The notes under the pieces were generated by a model. That model did no database searches and was not told the DNA's origin. It was given only the letters and a program-made list of their open reading frames with translations. From IMG/VR virus record IMGVR_UViG_3300050821_011122: a stretch of DNA of 64,000 bases. One strand, written 5' to 3'. Within the stretch, counting starts at the first letter, position 1. Every line of letters starts with the position of its first letter. Below are positions 1-8,862 of this stretch, piece after piece. The stretch comes from an uncultured virus (IMG/VR IMGVR_UViG_3300050821_011122) (lineage: Duplodnaviria; Heunggongvirae; Uroviricota; Caudoviricetes). A program made the position numbers and the translations under genes.

Positions 1-547
<547 letters not shown>

Positions 548-551
<4 letters not shown>

Positions 552-742
552 AGTATCCTCCTCAGTCTCATCTCCTGGAGCTTTACCTCAGCCTCGAGGG
601 TCTCAAATCTAGTGATAAATTCGCTGAGGTTTATAACCTCGGCCTCTTGGATGTCCTTCAAAATGCTGCCTGATAAAAAAGCAAGATCGCACTGAAGGCT
701 TTGCAGGCGGTCCCACAGCGCCCTGCGCAGGAAGTTAGGCAT
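548..742 (-). CDS. Hypothetical protein
   Basis: Overlap-coupled ORF in the early operon. Confidence 0.65.
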
Positions 743-932
743 TGCCCACCCCCTGGTGGAACACGATGCGCACCCGACCGCTGCGTGCGCCTGAATGATT
801 CCGCACTTTGTTGCCCGTCCAGCGGTTTACGCTCCGGACGATGCGCTGCTGGTGTTCTTCCTCGGTCATCTCTTGCTTTTGTTTTGGGACATAGGTCTCG
901 GGAGCCTTCCCGTTGACGGTGATGTGGATCAT
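735..932 (-). CDS. Hypothetical protein
   Basis: AAGGAG RBS, coupled to the next gene. Confidence 0.65.
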   Translation of the reverse strand: MIHITVNGKAPETYVPKQKQEMTEEEHQQRIVRSVNRWTGNKVRNHSGARSGRVRIVFHQGVGNA

Positions 933-993
933 GGTGGTCTCCTTGTAGCCGCTCTGGCCTTGGAACCAGCGGAATCCTTTGGATTCCGGGGCA

Positions 994-1368
994 TTAGCAC
1001 TCTTTCAAAGAAGAGTGCTCCTCTGCTAACTTTGCTCGATTTTTCTCGATATATCGGGCGGCATGAGTCAGGATGGTGAAACCTTCTTGGTGCTGGCAAT
1101 CTTCATTACAAGGCTCATCGACCAGCTCATCTCTTTTCTGCTTCAGCAGAAAATAAGCTTCGATGCGGGCATCGATGACATCTTTGAAAGTGAGAATGCT
1201 CCCGGTCACGAAGATTCCGCCGCAAGAAGCATGAGAACAGCCGGCGGATGCGAAGGATTGTTCTTTGCCGCAGCGGTTGCAGTGGACGGTTTCTTCCATC
1301 ATGGCTATGTCGCTGAGAGCTTCTTTTTCGTCGTCCAGCACGTCGAACATAAACTGTTGAGTTTTCAT
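994..1368 (-). CDS. Hypothetical protein with Cys pairs (possible Zn ribbon)
   Basis: AAGGAG RBS; CNRC and CSHASC motifs; follows the promoter at 1426-1475. Confidence 0.75.
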   Translation of the reverse strand: MKTQQFMFDVLDDEKEALSDIAMMEETVHCNRCGKEQSFASAGCSHASCGGIFVTGSILTFKDVIDARIEAYFLLKQKRDELVDEPCNEDCQHQEGFTILTHAARYIEKNRAKLAEEHSSLKEC

Positions 1369-1425
1369 CTTGTCTCCTTTTCAATCTCGGCGTCTCTGGA
1401 ACGCCGTATGTTTCGTGCTGAAATA

Positions 1426-1475
1426 AGTATACTGCAAGACCTGATCCATGTACACAAAAATATTTATTTATTTTC
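1426..1475 (-). promoter_or_regulatory. Sigma70-type early promoter with A/T-rich UP tract
   Basis: TGTACA(1449-1454)-17 nt-TATACT(1426-1431); 27 bp identical to 11640-11666. Confidence 0.75.
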
Positions 1476-1746
1476 GGGGGGCCGAAAGTGACCACTGGTC
1501 ATGTTCCTCGGTAACTATCTGGTTAACGGCGGAACGGACCTCCCAGTAAGACGCCGTGAACACCAGCCACTTGTCCCCGAGCCGTGAAGCGTGGCACAGG
1601 CACATAATTGCTCGTGCTTGTGTAAGGCCATTCCGCCGGGTGATCACGAACTCGCGGGCTGGGCGGCCGCACTTCAGGTGAACCTCTCGGGGAGTGCCCT
1701 CCGCGGTGACGAGTTTCCGAGTCTTTATTACAACCTCGCACCTCAT
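1468..1746 (-). CDS. Hypothetical protein
   Basis: ATGA-coupled ORF. Confidence 0.65.
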   Translation of the reverse strand: MRCEVVIKTRKLVTAEGTPREVHLKCGRPAREFVITRRNGLTQARAIMCLCHASRLGDKWLVFTASYWEVRSAVNQIVTEEHDQWSLSAPRK

Positions 1747-2042
1747 TCTTCCACCCCGAAGATGGAGGCCATGGCGCCGCCGTCGGGCCAGCGCTTAATT
1801 TGCGCCTTGCCGATAATCTTATTTTCAACGTCCAGTATATCTCGCGTCCACGTCAGGGCTGATAGAGGTATGTGCGGTTGCCAGGCCAATTTCTCCAATT
1901 CGGCAGCAAAAAAAGCCATGCCTGGAGTGTTGACTACCACGATCTCGCTGGCGAAGCTGTACACACGGAACGGGAACGTGCGCACCGCGGCGGAGGCAGC
2001 CACACCGCCGATGAGACTAGATAGAAAAGCACGCCGGTTCAC
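1743..2042 (-). CDS. Small protein with a twin-arginine (Tat)-like N-terminus
   Basis: MNRRAFLSSLIGGVAASAA matches RRxFL plus a hydrophobic stretch. Confidence 0.7.
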   Translation of the reverse strand: MNRRAFLSSLIGGVAASAAVRTFPFRVYSFASEIVVVNTPGMAFFAAELEKLAWQPHIPLSALTWTRDILDVENKIIGKAQIKRWPDGGAMASIFGVEE

Positions 2043-2464
2043 TGGAACGCCGCCCAGGTCTTATTCAGCCCGAAGTTCAGCCACCGCCGGTAGCCATGGT
2101 CCAGCGCCTCGGCCATGGCGGCCTCCTTGGTCCACTTGCAAGCGCGCACCCGCCACGCGGCGATGGCCAGCCCCGTGCGGTCCTCGCCGTGCTCGCAGTG
2201 CACCAGCACCTTGCCCCACGTGGCTGCCGTCTCGATCTTCTTTATGATCAAGTCCAGCTTCGCCTGCGAGATGCCAGTAAAGTAGATCTGCGAGAACGTG
2301 ATGGGCTCGGAAAGCACCCATACAGGGCTCAACTCGCGCTGCTCCTTGATGTCCTCTGCCAGACCCTCCAGGCTGATCACGCGCGCGAACAGCTCGCGTA
2401 TTCCGATATAAGGCGGCTGAGGTCGCGGACCCCGATAAACGTTCCCTTCAACTTGTTGGATCAT
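2039..2464 (-). CDS. Cys-based protein-tyrosine/dual-specificity phosphatase family protein
   Basis: VHCEHGEDRTG = HCX5R P-loop; N-terminal VYRGPRP typical of the family. Confidence 0.85.
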   Translation of the reverse strand: MIQQVEGNVYRGPRPQPPYIGIRELFARVISLEGLAEDIKEQRELSPVWVLSEPITFSQIYFTGISQAKLDLIIKKIETAATWGKVLVHCEHGEDRTGLAIAAWRVRACKWTKEAAMAEALDHGYRRWLNFGLNKTWAAFQ

Positions 2465-2655
2465 TTTATCCTCTGCGCAATCACTGACTTGTCCAGTAGT
2501 CTTTTCTCAAGTTCGGCAACCAGCTTCAATCTTTGTTCCTTGAGTCTCAGAAGATTACCCTCGAGTTGATTAAGAAAAAGGCAAGCCGCGCAACCCTCAA
2601 TGAAGGTGGTTGCGTGGCTTGCGCACCGAACCTCGAGCTCGCCGAGAACTTTCAC
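2461..2655 (-). CDS. Hypothetical protein
   Basis: ATGA-coupled ORF. Confidence 0.6.
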   Translation of the reverse strand: MKVLGELEVRCASHATTFIEGCAACLFLNQLEGNLLRLKEQRLKLVAELEKRLLDKSVIAQRIK

Positions 2656-3419
2656 ATCGCTGGCGCGTCGAAGGAAGTATCGGCCTCAACCACCGGCGAC
2701 TCCTGGTCTACAATGATCGTCTTGCTGCTGATCGACTCATACAGCTGCCGGGCGTATTTGAAGTCGTCCGCCGAGCAGTTCTGCACCATGCGCTGCGTGT
2801 AGGTGTAGAAGTTGTTGCCGCCGCGCACGGCCGGCGTCGACTTCAACTCGTAGATCGCGCTGAAGAGAGGCGCGTTCCGCATCTTCGCGATGGCGGACCA
2901 CTGCTTGGACACTGGGATTGCCGTCGACTTCATGCTGACTGCGGCAACATCCCCCGACGGCAGGATCAGGCAGACGCGGTTGTGGATCTCGAAGCAGCTT
3001 GGATGCTCACCGTCCGTAAACTTGCTGTGCGGGCACTGCGCGCAGGTGGCAGAGTAGTGGCCGCCGTCAATGCCATTCAGGCTCTGACAGTCGATGCCCC
3101 CGCCGTCGTCAAGCGGAAAAAACTTCAAACGGGTCTTAAAGAACCGAATTGGGATCACCCGGATGCGGTCCCCATAAATTTCTTTGGTGGTGGTATTGAA
3201 AAAGATCCCCTCGTCCAGGCCCTCGATGTACTTGGGGTCGTTCTTCTTGCGCTCTGGCGTTCCCGACTGACAGAGCCCGACGCGTGGCATGGCAACGTCC
3301 TGTTGAGAAACGTCCTCCATGCCGCTTTGATCGCCGACTGGGATGTAGTCGGGCAGTTGTTCTTTCTTGGTAAGGCCTGTGGGCGGCGCGACAACGAGAC
3401 CATCTTCTTTCTTTGGCAT
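2652..3419 (-). CDS. Putative ssDNA-binding/replication accessory protein
   Basis: Resembles a conserved phage family (GMEDVSQQDVAMPRVGLCQ...YIEGLDEGIFFNT); acidic C-terminal tail; replication context. Confidence 0.55.
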   Translation of the reverse strand: MPKKEDGLVVAPPTGLTKKEQLPDYIPVGDQSGMEDVSQQDVAMPRVGLCQSGTPERKKNDPKYIEGLDEGIFFNTTTKEIYGDRIRVIPIRFFKTRLKFFPLDDGGGIDCQSLNGIDGGHYSATCAQCPHSKFTDGEHPSCFEIHNRVCLILPSGDVAAVSMKSTAIPVSKQWSAIAKMRNAPLFSAIYELKSTPAVRGGNNFYTYTQRMVQNCSADDFKYARQLYESISSKTIIVDQESPVVEADTSFDAPAM

Positions 3420-3445
3420 ATTTTCTCCTTAACACTAAGCGGCGG

Positions 3446-3931
3446 TTAATTTCCTTTTCTTGTCTTGACAAGCTGTTTGATAAACACGTTTAACCCTGGG
3501 GGAATCGTCTCCCCTTGTTCGATCCTTGACTTTGTGAGGGCGGCACAGGTCTGGTAATTAACGCTGAAAAAGCTTTCTCCGTCTTCCTGAGTTCTTAACC
3601 AGGTGTGGAAGTCCTCGCGGTTCTCCACCTTCACGTAAACGTCCGACTGCTGGTAAACACAGCGGCCATCCTTAAGGTTGAAAGACGTGATTCCCTCGTC
3701 CTCCAGCAGATCGTTGAGGAGCTGCATGACCGCCTCGAGCTTCACGTTCAGGTCGTAGGTCTGTTCCTCAAGGGCATCCTTCTCCTCCTTGAACTGGACA
3801 AGGGTCTCAGCCAGCTGGACCTTATTCAACTCGGTGAGAAGTGCCTTGATGGCCTCCACTTTTTCCTGGTACAGAGGCTCTTGGGCGAACTTAGAGAACT
3901 GCTTTTTTTGTTCTTTCGTGACGGGGCTCAT
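3446..3931 (-). CDS. Conserved phage coiled-coil protein of the replication module
   Basis: N-terminal coiled coil, C-terminal GETIPPGLNVF motif; adjacent to the SSB-like gene. Confidence 0.6.
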   Translation of the reverse strand: MSPVTKEQKKQFSKFAQEPLYQEKVEAIKALLTELNKVQLAETLVQFKEEKDALEEQTYDLNVKLEAVMQLLNDLLEDEGITSFNLKDGRCVYQQSDVYVKVENREDFHTWLRTQEDGESFFSVNYQTCAALTKSRIEQGETIPPGLNVFIKQLVKTRKGN

Positions 3932-4218
3932 TTATCCTCATTCCACTCTTCGAACTTTGTAAACTTTTCAATGGCCCGAACCCTTACTTTCGCGCAGGCT
4001 AGGGTATGGTCGTAGTGCGCTGTAATGAAGAAAATCGCCGCCTGCAAGTCGCCGAGCTCCTCAAGCAGACGCTGTGGCAGGTTCGAGCCGTCCCAGTGCT
4101 CCTCGGCCCCGCTTGCGCCAATGATCTTGCCGGCAACCTGGATTACCTCTCCACACTCCTCGATTAGCTTAGAGAGGCCATTCCACTTGTCTGCTCCGAT
4201 TGAATATGGGCCATTCAT
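3928..4218 (-). CDS. MazG-like nucleotide pyrophosphohydrolase
   Basis: KLIEECGEV...EELGDL (EExxE / ExxD) motifs. Confidence 0.75.
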   Translation of the reverse strand: MNGPYSIGADKWNGLSKLIEECGEVIQVAGKIIGASGAEEHWDGSNLPQRLLEELGDLQAAIFFITAHYDHTLACAKVRVRAIEKFTKFEEWNEDK

Positions 4219-4412
4219 AAGTATTTCTCTTTAATATCTCTGAGCCAGAAGATTTGTTTCCTGCTCACAAAGTCGGCCTCGGCCATCCGCTCCACGAAGC
4301 TCGCCTCGGTTGGGTTCAGCTGCTCCATCCGGTCCTCAAGCATCCCGACGATGGCACGAGCCTCATTCACTCGGCTATTATTATCTCCGCCAGTTTCTTG
4401 ACCAAGCTTCAT
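4215..4412 (-). CDS. Hypothetical protein
   Basis: Coupled ORF. Confidence 0.65.
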   Translation of the reverse strand: MKLGQETGGDNNSRVNEARAIVGMLEDRMEQLNPTEASFVERMAEADFVSRKQIFWLRDIKEKYL

Positions 4413-4416
4413 AAGT

Positions 4417-5931
4417 TCACTCCGCTAAAATTGCTGACTCCCACTTCGCCGAGCTCCAGCTCAGCAGGTCTTCCTTTCGCTGCAATGCCTCCAAGACGAC
4501 GCCGTCAACCGTCTTCTCGCCATTTGGCCCGGTAGCGATCAAATCGGTATAGAGGATGTGCGGCCCCCTCGCCGAGGGCCGGTGGCAGCGATCCTCGGAC
4601 TGCATCCGAGCCAGCAGCGAGTAGTCCGAGGAGTAGTAAAACACCTGGTTAAAGCTGGTCAGCGTCAATCCGAAGCCGCCCGCATGTTGATTGCCAAGCA
4701 AAATCGCGGCCCCTGACCCAGTCTCCCCCTCAACCTTTGCGGCGTGCCGCTCCATCGAGCCCTGGCCGCCGATAATGGTAAACACAGGCACTGGGAACCG
4801 AGCCATAATTTCTTTTTGAAGTCGTGCCACGTCCAACCTGAACCTGCACCATATGAGGCATCTGAACGACGAATCAGCCTCAAGTCGTTCAGAAAGCCAG
4901 TTAAGCGTGCACCTCAGTTTCTCGTCGCTGCATACTTCTGTTCTTGCCTCTCCTGACGTTGAGGCAACCGGCATCTCCATCCCATACAACTGAAACTCCT
5001 CAGGGTCCACTTCTTTAAGACCCCCCAAGAAACCTGAAGTCAGCTGTGATAATCTTATTATCCGCACCGGCGCGTGGCTCGTGGCGCTTAACCCAGAATG
5101 AAGCCAAGCTGCCAGGTCGTCTCGCATCTGCTTGTACCGCAGCCACGATTCCGACGAAAGCGGCACTGTCAGGTGCGTGTACAGCTTCGGCGGCAAGTCC
5201 AGCAGCTCGGACTTCAGCCGTCTTATCACGTATGGTTTCGTTCTGCGAAAGTAGTCAGTCTCGTTCTTATACTTCACCACCTGTCGTCGTTGAAAGCCGC
5301 CCAGCACGCAGTACCTCGCCCGGAAGTGGTAGAAGCTGTCGCAGCCCAGGATCCTTTGGTCCACCAGGCGGAACTGGCTGTATGTCTCTTCTAGTCTGCC
5401 CCCATGCGGCGTACCGTTCAGCGCGTATCTGCGATCGCACTCGTGACTCAGCTCCAACAGACTCTTTGTCTGCACCGCCTTCGGACTTTTCAGGAAGATG
5501 CTCTCGTCCATTACCAACATGGCTCTCGTTTGGCGGGTTGCCTCGATCAAGATTCGAAGTGCCGATGACTGACGAAGAAATTCGTAAGAAACCACAATCC
5601 AATTCAAAAGTCCCGAGTCAAGCCGAATTCGCTTCGACCCACCATGGTATCGGTGCACCAGCGACAACTGCCAGGCGTGCTTCTGGATCTCCCCAAGCTC
5701 TTTGCTGTGCCAGACTGAGGTGCACTGCGCCGGTGCCGCCACGATCACCGTCCTGATCAGCCCAGCCTCGTACAGGGCGCAGGCGGCATGCACAACAGAG
5801 GCCGATTTCCCACTTCCCATCTCTGAGAAGTTCAGCAGAAACGGCTGCTGAAACATTCGCTCAGCATCCAGCACTTGGTGCGGGAATGGTGGTATCGTGG
5901 CTTTGGAGAGGTCAATCACTTCAGTCTCCAC
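4417..5931 (-). CDS. SNF2-family helicase
   Basis: EMGSGKS, DES, LNGTP, GGFGLTLT, QSEDRCHR motifs. Confidence 0.92.
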   Translation of the reverse strand: METEVIDLSKATIPPFPHQVLDAERMFQQPFLLNFSEMGSGKSASVVHAACALYEAGLIRTVIVAAPAQCTSVWHSKELGEIQKHAWQLSLVHRYHGGSKRIRLDSGLLNWIVVSYEFLRQSSALRILIEATRQTRAMLVMDESIFLKSPKAVQTKSLLELSHECDRRYALNGTPHGGRLEETYSQFRLVDQRILGCDSFYHFRARYCVLGGFQRRQVVKYKNETDYFRRTKPYVIRRLKSELLDLPPKLYTHLTVPLSSESWLRYKQMRDDLAAWLHSGLSATSHAPVRIIRLSQLTSGFLGGLKEVDPEEFQLYGMEMPVASTSGEARTEVCSDEKLRCTLNWLSERLEADSSFRCLIWCRFRLDVARLQKEIMARFPVPVFTIIGGQGSMERHAAKVEGETGSGAAILLGNQHAGGFGLTLTSFNQVFYYSSDYSLLARMQSEDRCHRPSARGPHILYTDLIATGPNGEKTVDGVVLEALQRKEDLLSWSSAKWESAILAE

Positions 5932-6167
5932 AACTCCGCCACCGGCACCTTCACCATCTCAGCGAGTCTTAACGCGTTCTCAAGCTTCACCGTGCAGCCT
6001 CGCAAAATTGCGGCCATGGTGATCGGCGTCAATCCCATGGCCCTCGCGACCTTTGCTGGGTCATACTCGTCGCCAAGCTGCTCTTTTAACACGTCCTCGA
6101 GCTTACAGATGAAGATGACGGGAGGATAGCTTGGGTTCACTCTCTTCAGGCGTTCTTTCAGGTTCAT
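5916..6167 (-). CDS. Helix-turn-helix (XRE/Cro-like) protein, probably leaderless
   Basis: PAKVARAMGLTPITMAAILRG; ATG 6167 lies 7 nt after a -10 box. Confidence 0.7.
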   Translation of the reverse strand: MNLKERLKRVNPSYPPVIFICKLEDVLKEQLGDEYDPAKVARAMGLTPITMAAILRGCTVKLENALRLAEMVKVPVAELWRLK

Positions 6168-6174
6168 AGATTTA

Positions 6175-6218
6175 ATCCTAATACTATTGAGATGGTGTTG
6201 TAAACAAAAATTTATTTT
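6175..6218 (-). promoter_or_regulatory. Early promoter
   Basis: AAAATAAATTTTTG-TTTACA(6199-6204)-18 nt-TAGGAT(6175-6180). Confidence 0.65.
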
Positions 6219-6358
6219 GCTTCCTTCTCCCAAATCTGGATTGCCATGGCCGTCAGGAAAATCACCCAAAATCGCCAGGTGGTTGCATATAGGCCGCATA
6301 AACAAAGCATAGTTCCCATAAGGCCACCCTGGATTCCGTGGCGCCAGTTGGGGCTCAC
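6212..6358 (-). CDS. Small membrane protein (48 aa)
   Basis: GTGA overlap; MSPNWRHGIQGGLMGTMLCLCGLYATTWRFWVIFLTAMAIQIWEKEAK. Confidence 0.55.
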   Translation of the reverse strand: MSPNWRHGIQGGLMGTMLCLCGLYATTWRFWVIFLTAMAIQIWEKEAK

Positions 6359-6483
6359 CTCCAACCTCTTTTCTCGTTTGCAGCACAAATCAAGCCGCAA
6401 AGAAGACAAAATAAAGCGCTGAGTTCGTATCCCCAAAACAGCTCTACTAAAGCCAACAAGATACAAAGAATAAGACCGATCAC
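6355..6483 (-). CDS. Small membrane protein (42 aa)
   Basis: Not in the ORF track; GTGA overlaps at both ends; MIGLILCILLALVELFWGYELSALFCLLCGLICAANEKRGWR. Confidence 0.6.
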   Translation of the reverse strand: MIGLILCILLALVELFWGYELSALFCLLCGLICAANEKRGWR

Positions 6484-6779
6484 TGCCTCACCTCCCCGCG
6501 GCTAATGGTCGCCCCATAGGTGTGGCCGCCGATTGCCGCCAACTCCAGTGCCCGCGCCCATCGAACCTTACCTTGCCGCCTTAACCTTCGTTCCAGCAAG
6601 ATCGTACCTGCGGCCTGCAACGCATTCGCCGAGATTAAAGTAGCGCGGTCGTGCACAAATGGCCTCGCCGCCGGATCAAACTCCACGAAATGCTGCCGGT
6701 GCATGTTGCGGTCCGTGGCGTAGGTGTCGGCGCCGTTGGCTGCCAGCTGCAGTATTGCCATCAGTAGGGCACTCTTCAC
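6480..6779 (-). CDS. Hypothetical membrane-associated protein
   Basis: Hydrophobic N-terminus; coupled ORF. Confidence 0.65.
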   Translation of the reverse strand: MKSALLMAILQLAANGADTYATDRNMHRQHFVEFDPAARPFVHDRATLISANALQAAGTILLERRLRRQGKVRWARALELAAIGGHTYGATISRGEVRQ

Positions 6780-7399
6780 GGCAGCACCACCACTTCCACC
6801 TTATTCTCCGCGTGCCCCGGCTCGCGGGGCGGATCCACCGCCCTGCCGTCCACCGTGAAGGCCACGTGGCCCGGGCAGCCGTCGCGGACGGTAATTGGCA
6901 GCTTTGCCCCCGGCGCGGCCTCGCGGCGGCCAGCGGGCACGAAGTCCGCCATTAGCACTTTGCCGCCGCCGTCCGTAATTTGAAGCCAGCAGCGCTGATC
7001 CAGGTCGAGGAAGATGTCCGGGATATGAGCTATGTTCGGTATGGCTGTGTCCATCGCCACCGCGGGGGCGGTCGGCGCGAACGCACGCGCCTCCTGCGCG
7101 GCCACTCGCTTGCCCAGGTCGGCCAGGCTCGTCTCTAGGCTCCTGAACAGCAGCCCGCCCGCCATCACCGTCACGCACAGCGCCGAGACCAGCAGCCAGT
7201 TGCTAAAGCTGTTGTCCTGCGCTGACGGCGGCACCGGCGCATGGTCAAAGACGAAGTTGCCCAGCAGCCGCGTGGCCTCGTCGCTGCGGTCGAGGAACAA
7301 GAACTCCAGGCCCCGGGCCTCCACCTTGTCCAGCCGCCGCTTGCACTCCTCGACGGACTCCTGGCTGGCCAGTAGTGTTTTAGGCTTTTTGAGCACCAT
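6776..7399 (-). CDS. Bitopic membrane protein with RodZ C-terminal (DUF4115)-like domain
   Basis: TM WLLVSALCVTVMAGGLLF, then CWLQITDGGGKVL...AG...PITVRDGCPGHVAFTVDGRAV matching the DUF4115 pattern. Confidence 0.65.
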   Translation of the reverse strand: MVLKKPKTLLASQESVEECKRRLDKVEARGLEFLFLDRSDEATRLLGNFVFDHAPVPPSAQDNSFSNWLLVSALCVTVMAGGLLFRSLETSLADLGKRVAAQEARAFAPTAPAVAMDTAIPNIAHIPDIFLDLDQRCWLQITDGGGKVLMADFVPAGRREAAPGAKLPITVRDGCPGHVAFTVDGRAVDPPREPGHAENKVEVVVLP

Positions 7400-7985
7400 T
7401 AGTCTTCTCCTTTAAGTATCTTAATTCTAGCCATCTCATCACATAGTCAAGTACTGACGTACATATTCCGATCTCTGGATTCCCGGTCACCCCAGCCGGT
7501 TCAAATCGAGTAGCACGAAACTTATCTATTAACCCCTTAAGAGAGGCTCCTCCCTGTAATAGCATCGAAAATGCGATCGAGAACGCGTCCGTCCAGCCGC
7601 GCGTGGCGCTGCCCACCTTGTCCAGCCGCAGGAACAGCTCGCCCGGCCTGCCGTCCTCGTACTCGTTCACCGTCACGTACCCGCGCACCCCGCCCACGGT
7701 AAACTTGTGCGTCGCGCCCGCCCGCGTGGGGGGCAGGCGTTGCCTTGCCGGTGTTGCCCGTTCTTCCAGGTTCATAAGCGTTCTTTCCCTCCTGTACTCC
7801 ACTCCCTTGCGGGCGCCACCGCGGTGGGCGGGGTAGTCCACGCCCGCGGCCTCGCACAGCCGCCCCAGCGTGTTGCGGTGCACGTCCAGCCGCCGCGCCG
7901 CCAGGCTCAGGTTGCCCCCCGCCTCGGCCACGGCCTTCGCCAGCACGGCCCGGCGCAGCAGGCGCATCTCCTCACGGAGGGTCAC
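7380..7985 (-). CDS. Fis-type HTH plus TSCPD domain (class II RNR C-terminal-like); possibly two genes with an internal start at 7775
   Basis: AGGNLSLAARRLDVHRNTL; RQRLP...GYVTVNEYEDGRPGELF...RFEPAG...CTSVLDY. Confidence 0.75.
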   Translation of the reverse strand: MTLREEMRLLRRAVLAKAVAEAGGNLSLAARRLDVHRNTLGRLCEAAGVDYPAHRGGARKGVEYRRERTLMNLEERATPARQRLPPTRAGATHKFTVGGVRGYVTVNEYEDGRPGELFLRLDKVGSATRGWTDAFSIAFSMLLQGGASLKGLIDKFRATRFEPAGVTGNPEIGICTSVLDYVMRWLELRYLKEKTNGAQKA

Positions 7986-8233
7986 GGCAGGCACCGCAGG
8001 TCGGGCTGGGGGTATGCCTGGTCCAGCACGTGGTCTGAATAGCAATGCGTAGCGCCTACGACGATCACGCCGCGATTCGGGCCACAGTACCCCAGCCTGT
8101 CTAGTATCTCCTCATCTCCGGTGAGCAGAGAATAGTGAGCCTGGAGGCACGCGGACCTCGTTACGCTCAGCGGAGCGTGCCTGGGTCCGCAGCCCAGCAG
8201 GGCCAATAAGCCAAGAAATGCGAGTCGTTTCAT
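7982..8233 (-). CDS. Small lipoprotein
   Basis: MKRLAFLGLLALLGC lipobox; AGGAGG RBS. Confidence 0.7.
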   Translation of the reverse strand: MKRLAFLGLLALLGCGPRHAPLSVTRSACLQAHYSLLTGDEEILDRLGYCGPNRGVIVVGATHCYSDHVLDQAYPQPDLRCLP

Positions 8234-8244
8234 AGTTCGTCCTC

Positions 8245-8862
8245 CTACCAGTGACAATTCGGGCCGAAACTGAAACTCGGGACGTTGTGTGCGTAGCCGG
8301 GAAAGTTGTTCCACTGAATCTCGAACTGCATTCCCACGGCCCACGCCAATTTGTAGTTGATAAACACTCCCGCCCGCTGCCCATAATAGAACTTGCTGTT
8401 GGCCTTTACGCCGCCAAAGCTAAACGTCGGCCCCATCTCGAACTTGTAGCCATCGACCGAACTGTGATTCTGAATCCAAGTAGAAATCGGCTTGATTGTG
8501 AAATCCACGCGACCACCGATGAACGACAGCTTGTTGCTCACTATGGTTGTCTCGCCGATGCTCAGCGGGTGTAACGCCGCGACGAGAGCATCCGTCTCCG
8601 AGCCAGTCGCCGCCCCATTGCCGCCGATGATCGTAACGGGCATGGCGTTCATGGTCATCGTGGTCTTGGCTGGTGCGGGGGTAACAGAAACCACAGCTTT
8701 AGGGGGCGGGCACGGCCCATCCGGCTCGTCATACTCGACCGTGCACAGTTTGGGATTACCGTTCGCGTTGTCGCAATCCACAGTGTTGCAGGGCATCTGC
8801 GCGAAACAGACCGTGCCTCCCAGCAGGGCTAGCAGAGGTAGAGCCACGTAGAACCGTTTCAT
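8245..8862 (-). CDS. Exported protein, putative small outer-membrane beta-barrel
   Basis: Signal peptide ending CFA-Q; alternating amphipathic strands; C-terminal FSFGPNCHW. Confidence 0.55.
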   Translation of the reverse strand: MKRFYVALPLLALLGGTVCFAQMPCNTVDCDNANGNPKLCTVEYDEPDGPCPPPKAVVSVTPAPAKTTMTMNAMPVTIIGGNGAATGSETDALVAALHPLSIGETTIVSNKLSFIGGRVDFTIKPISTWIQNHSSVDGYKFEMGPTFSFGGVKANSKFYYGQRAGVFINYKLAWAVGMQFEIQWNNFPGYAHNVPSFSFGPNCHW

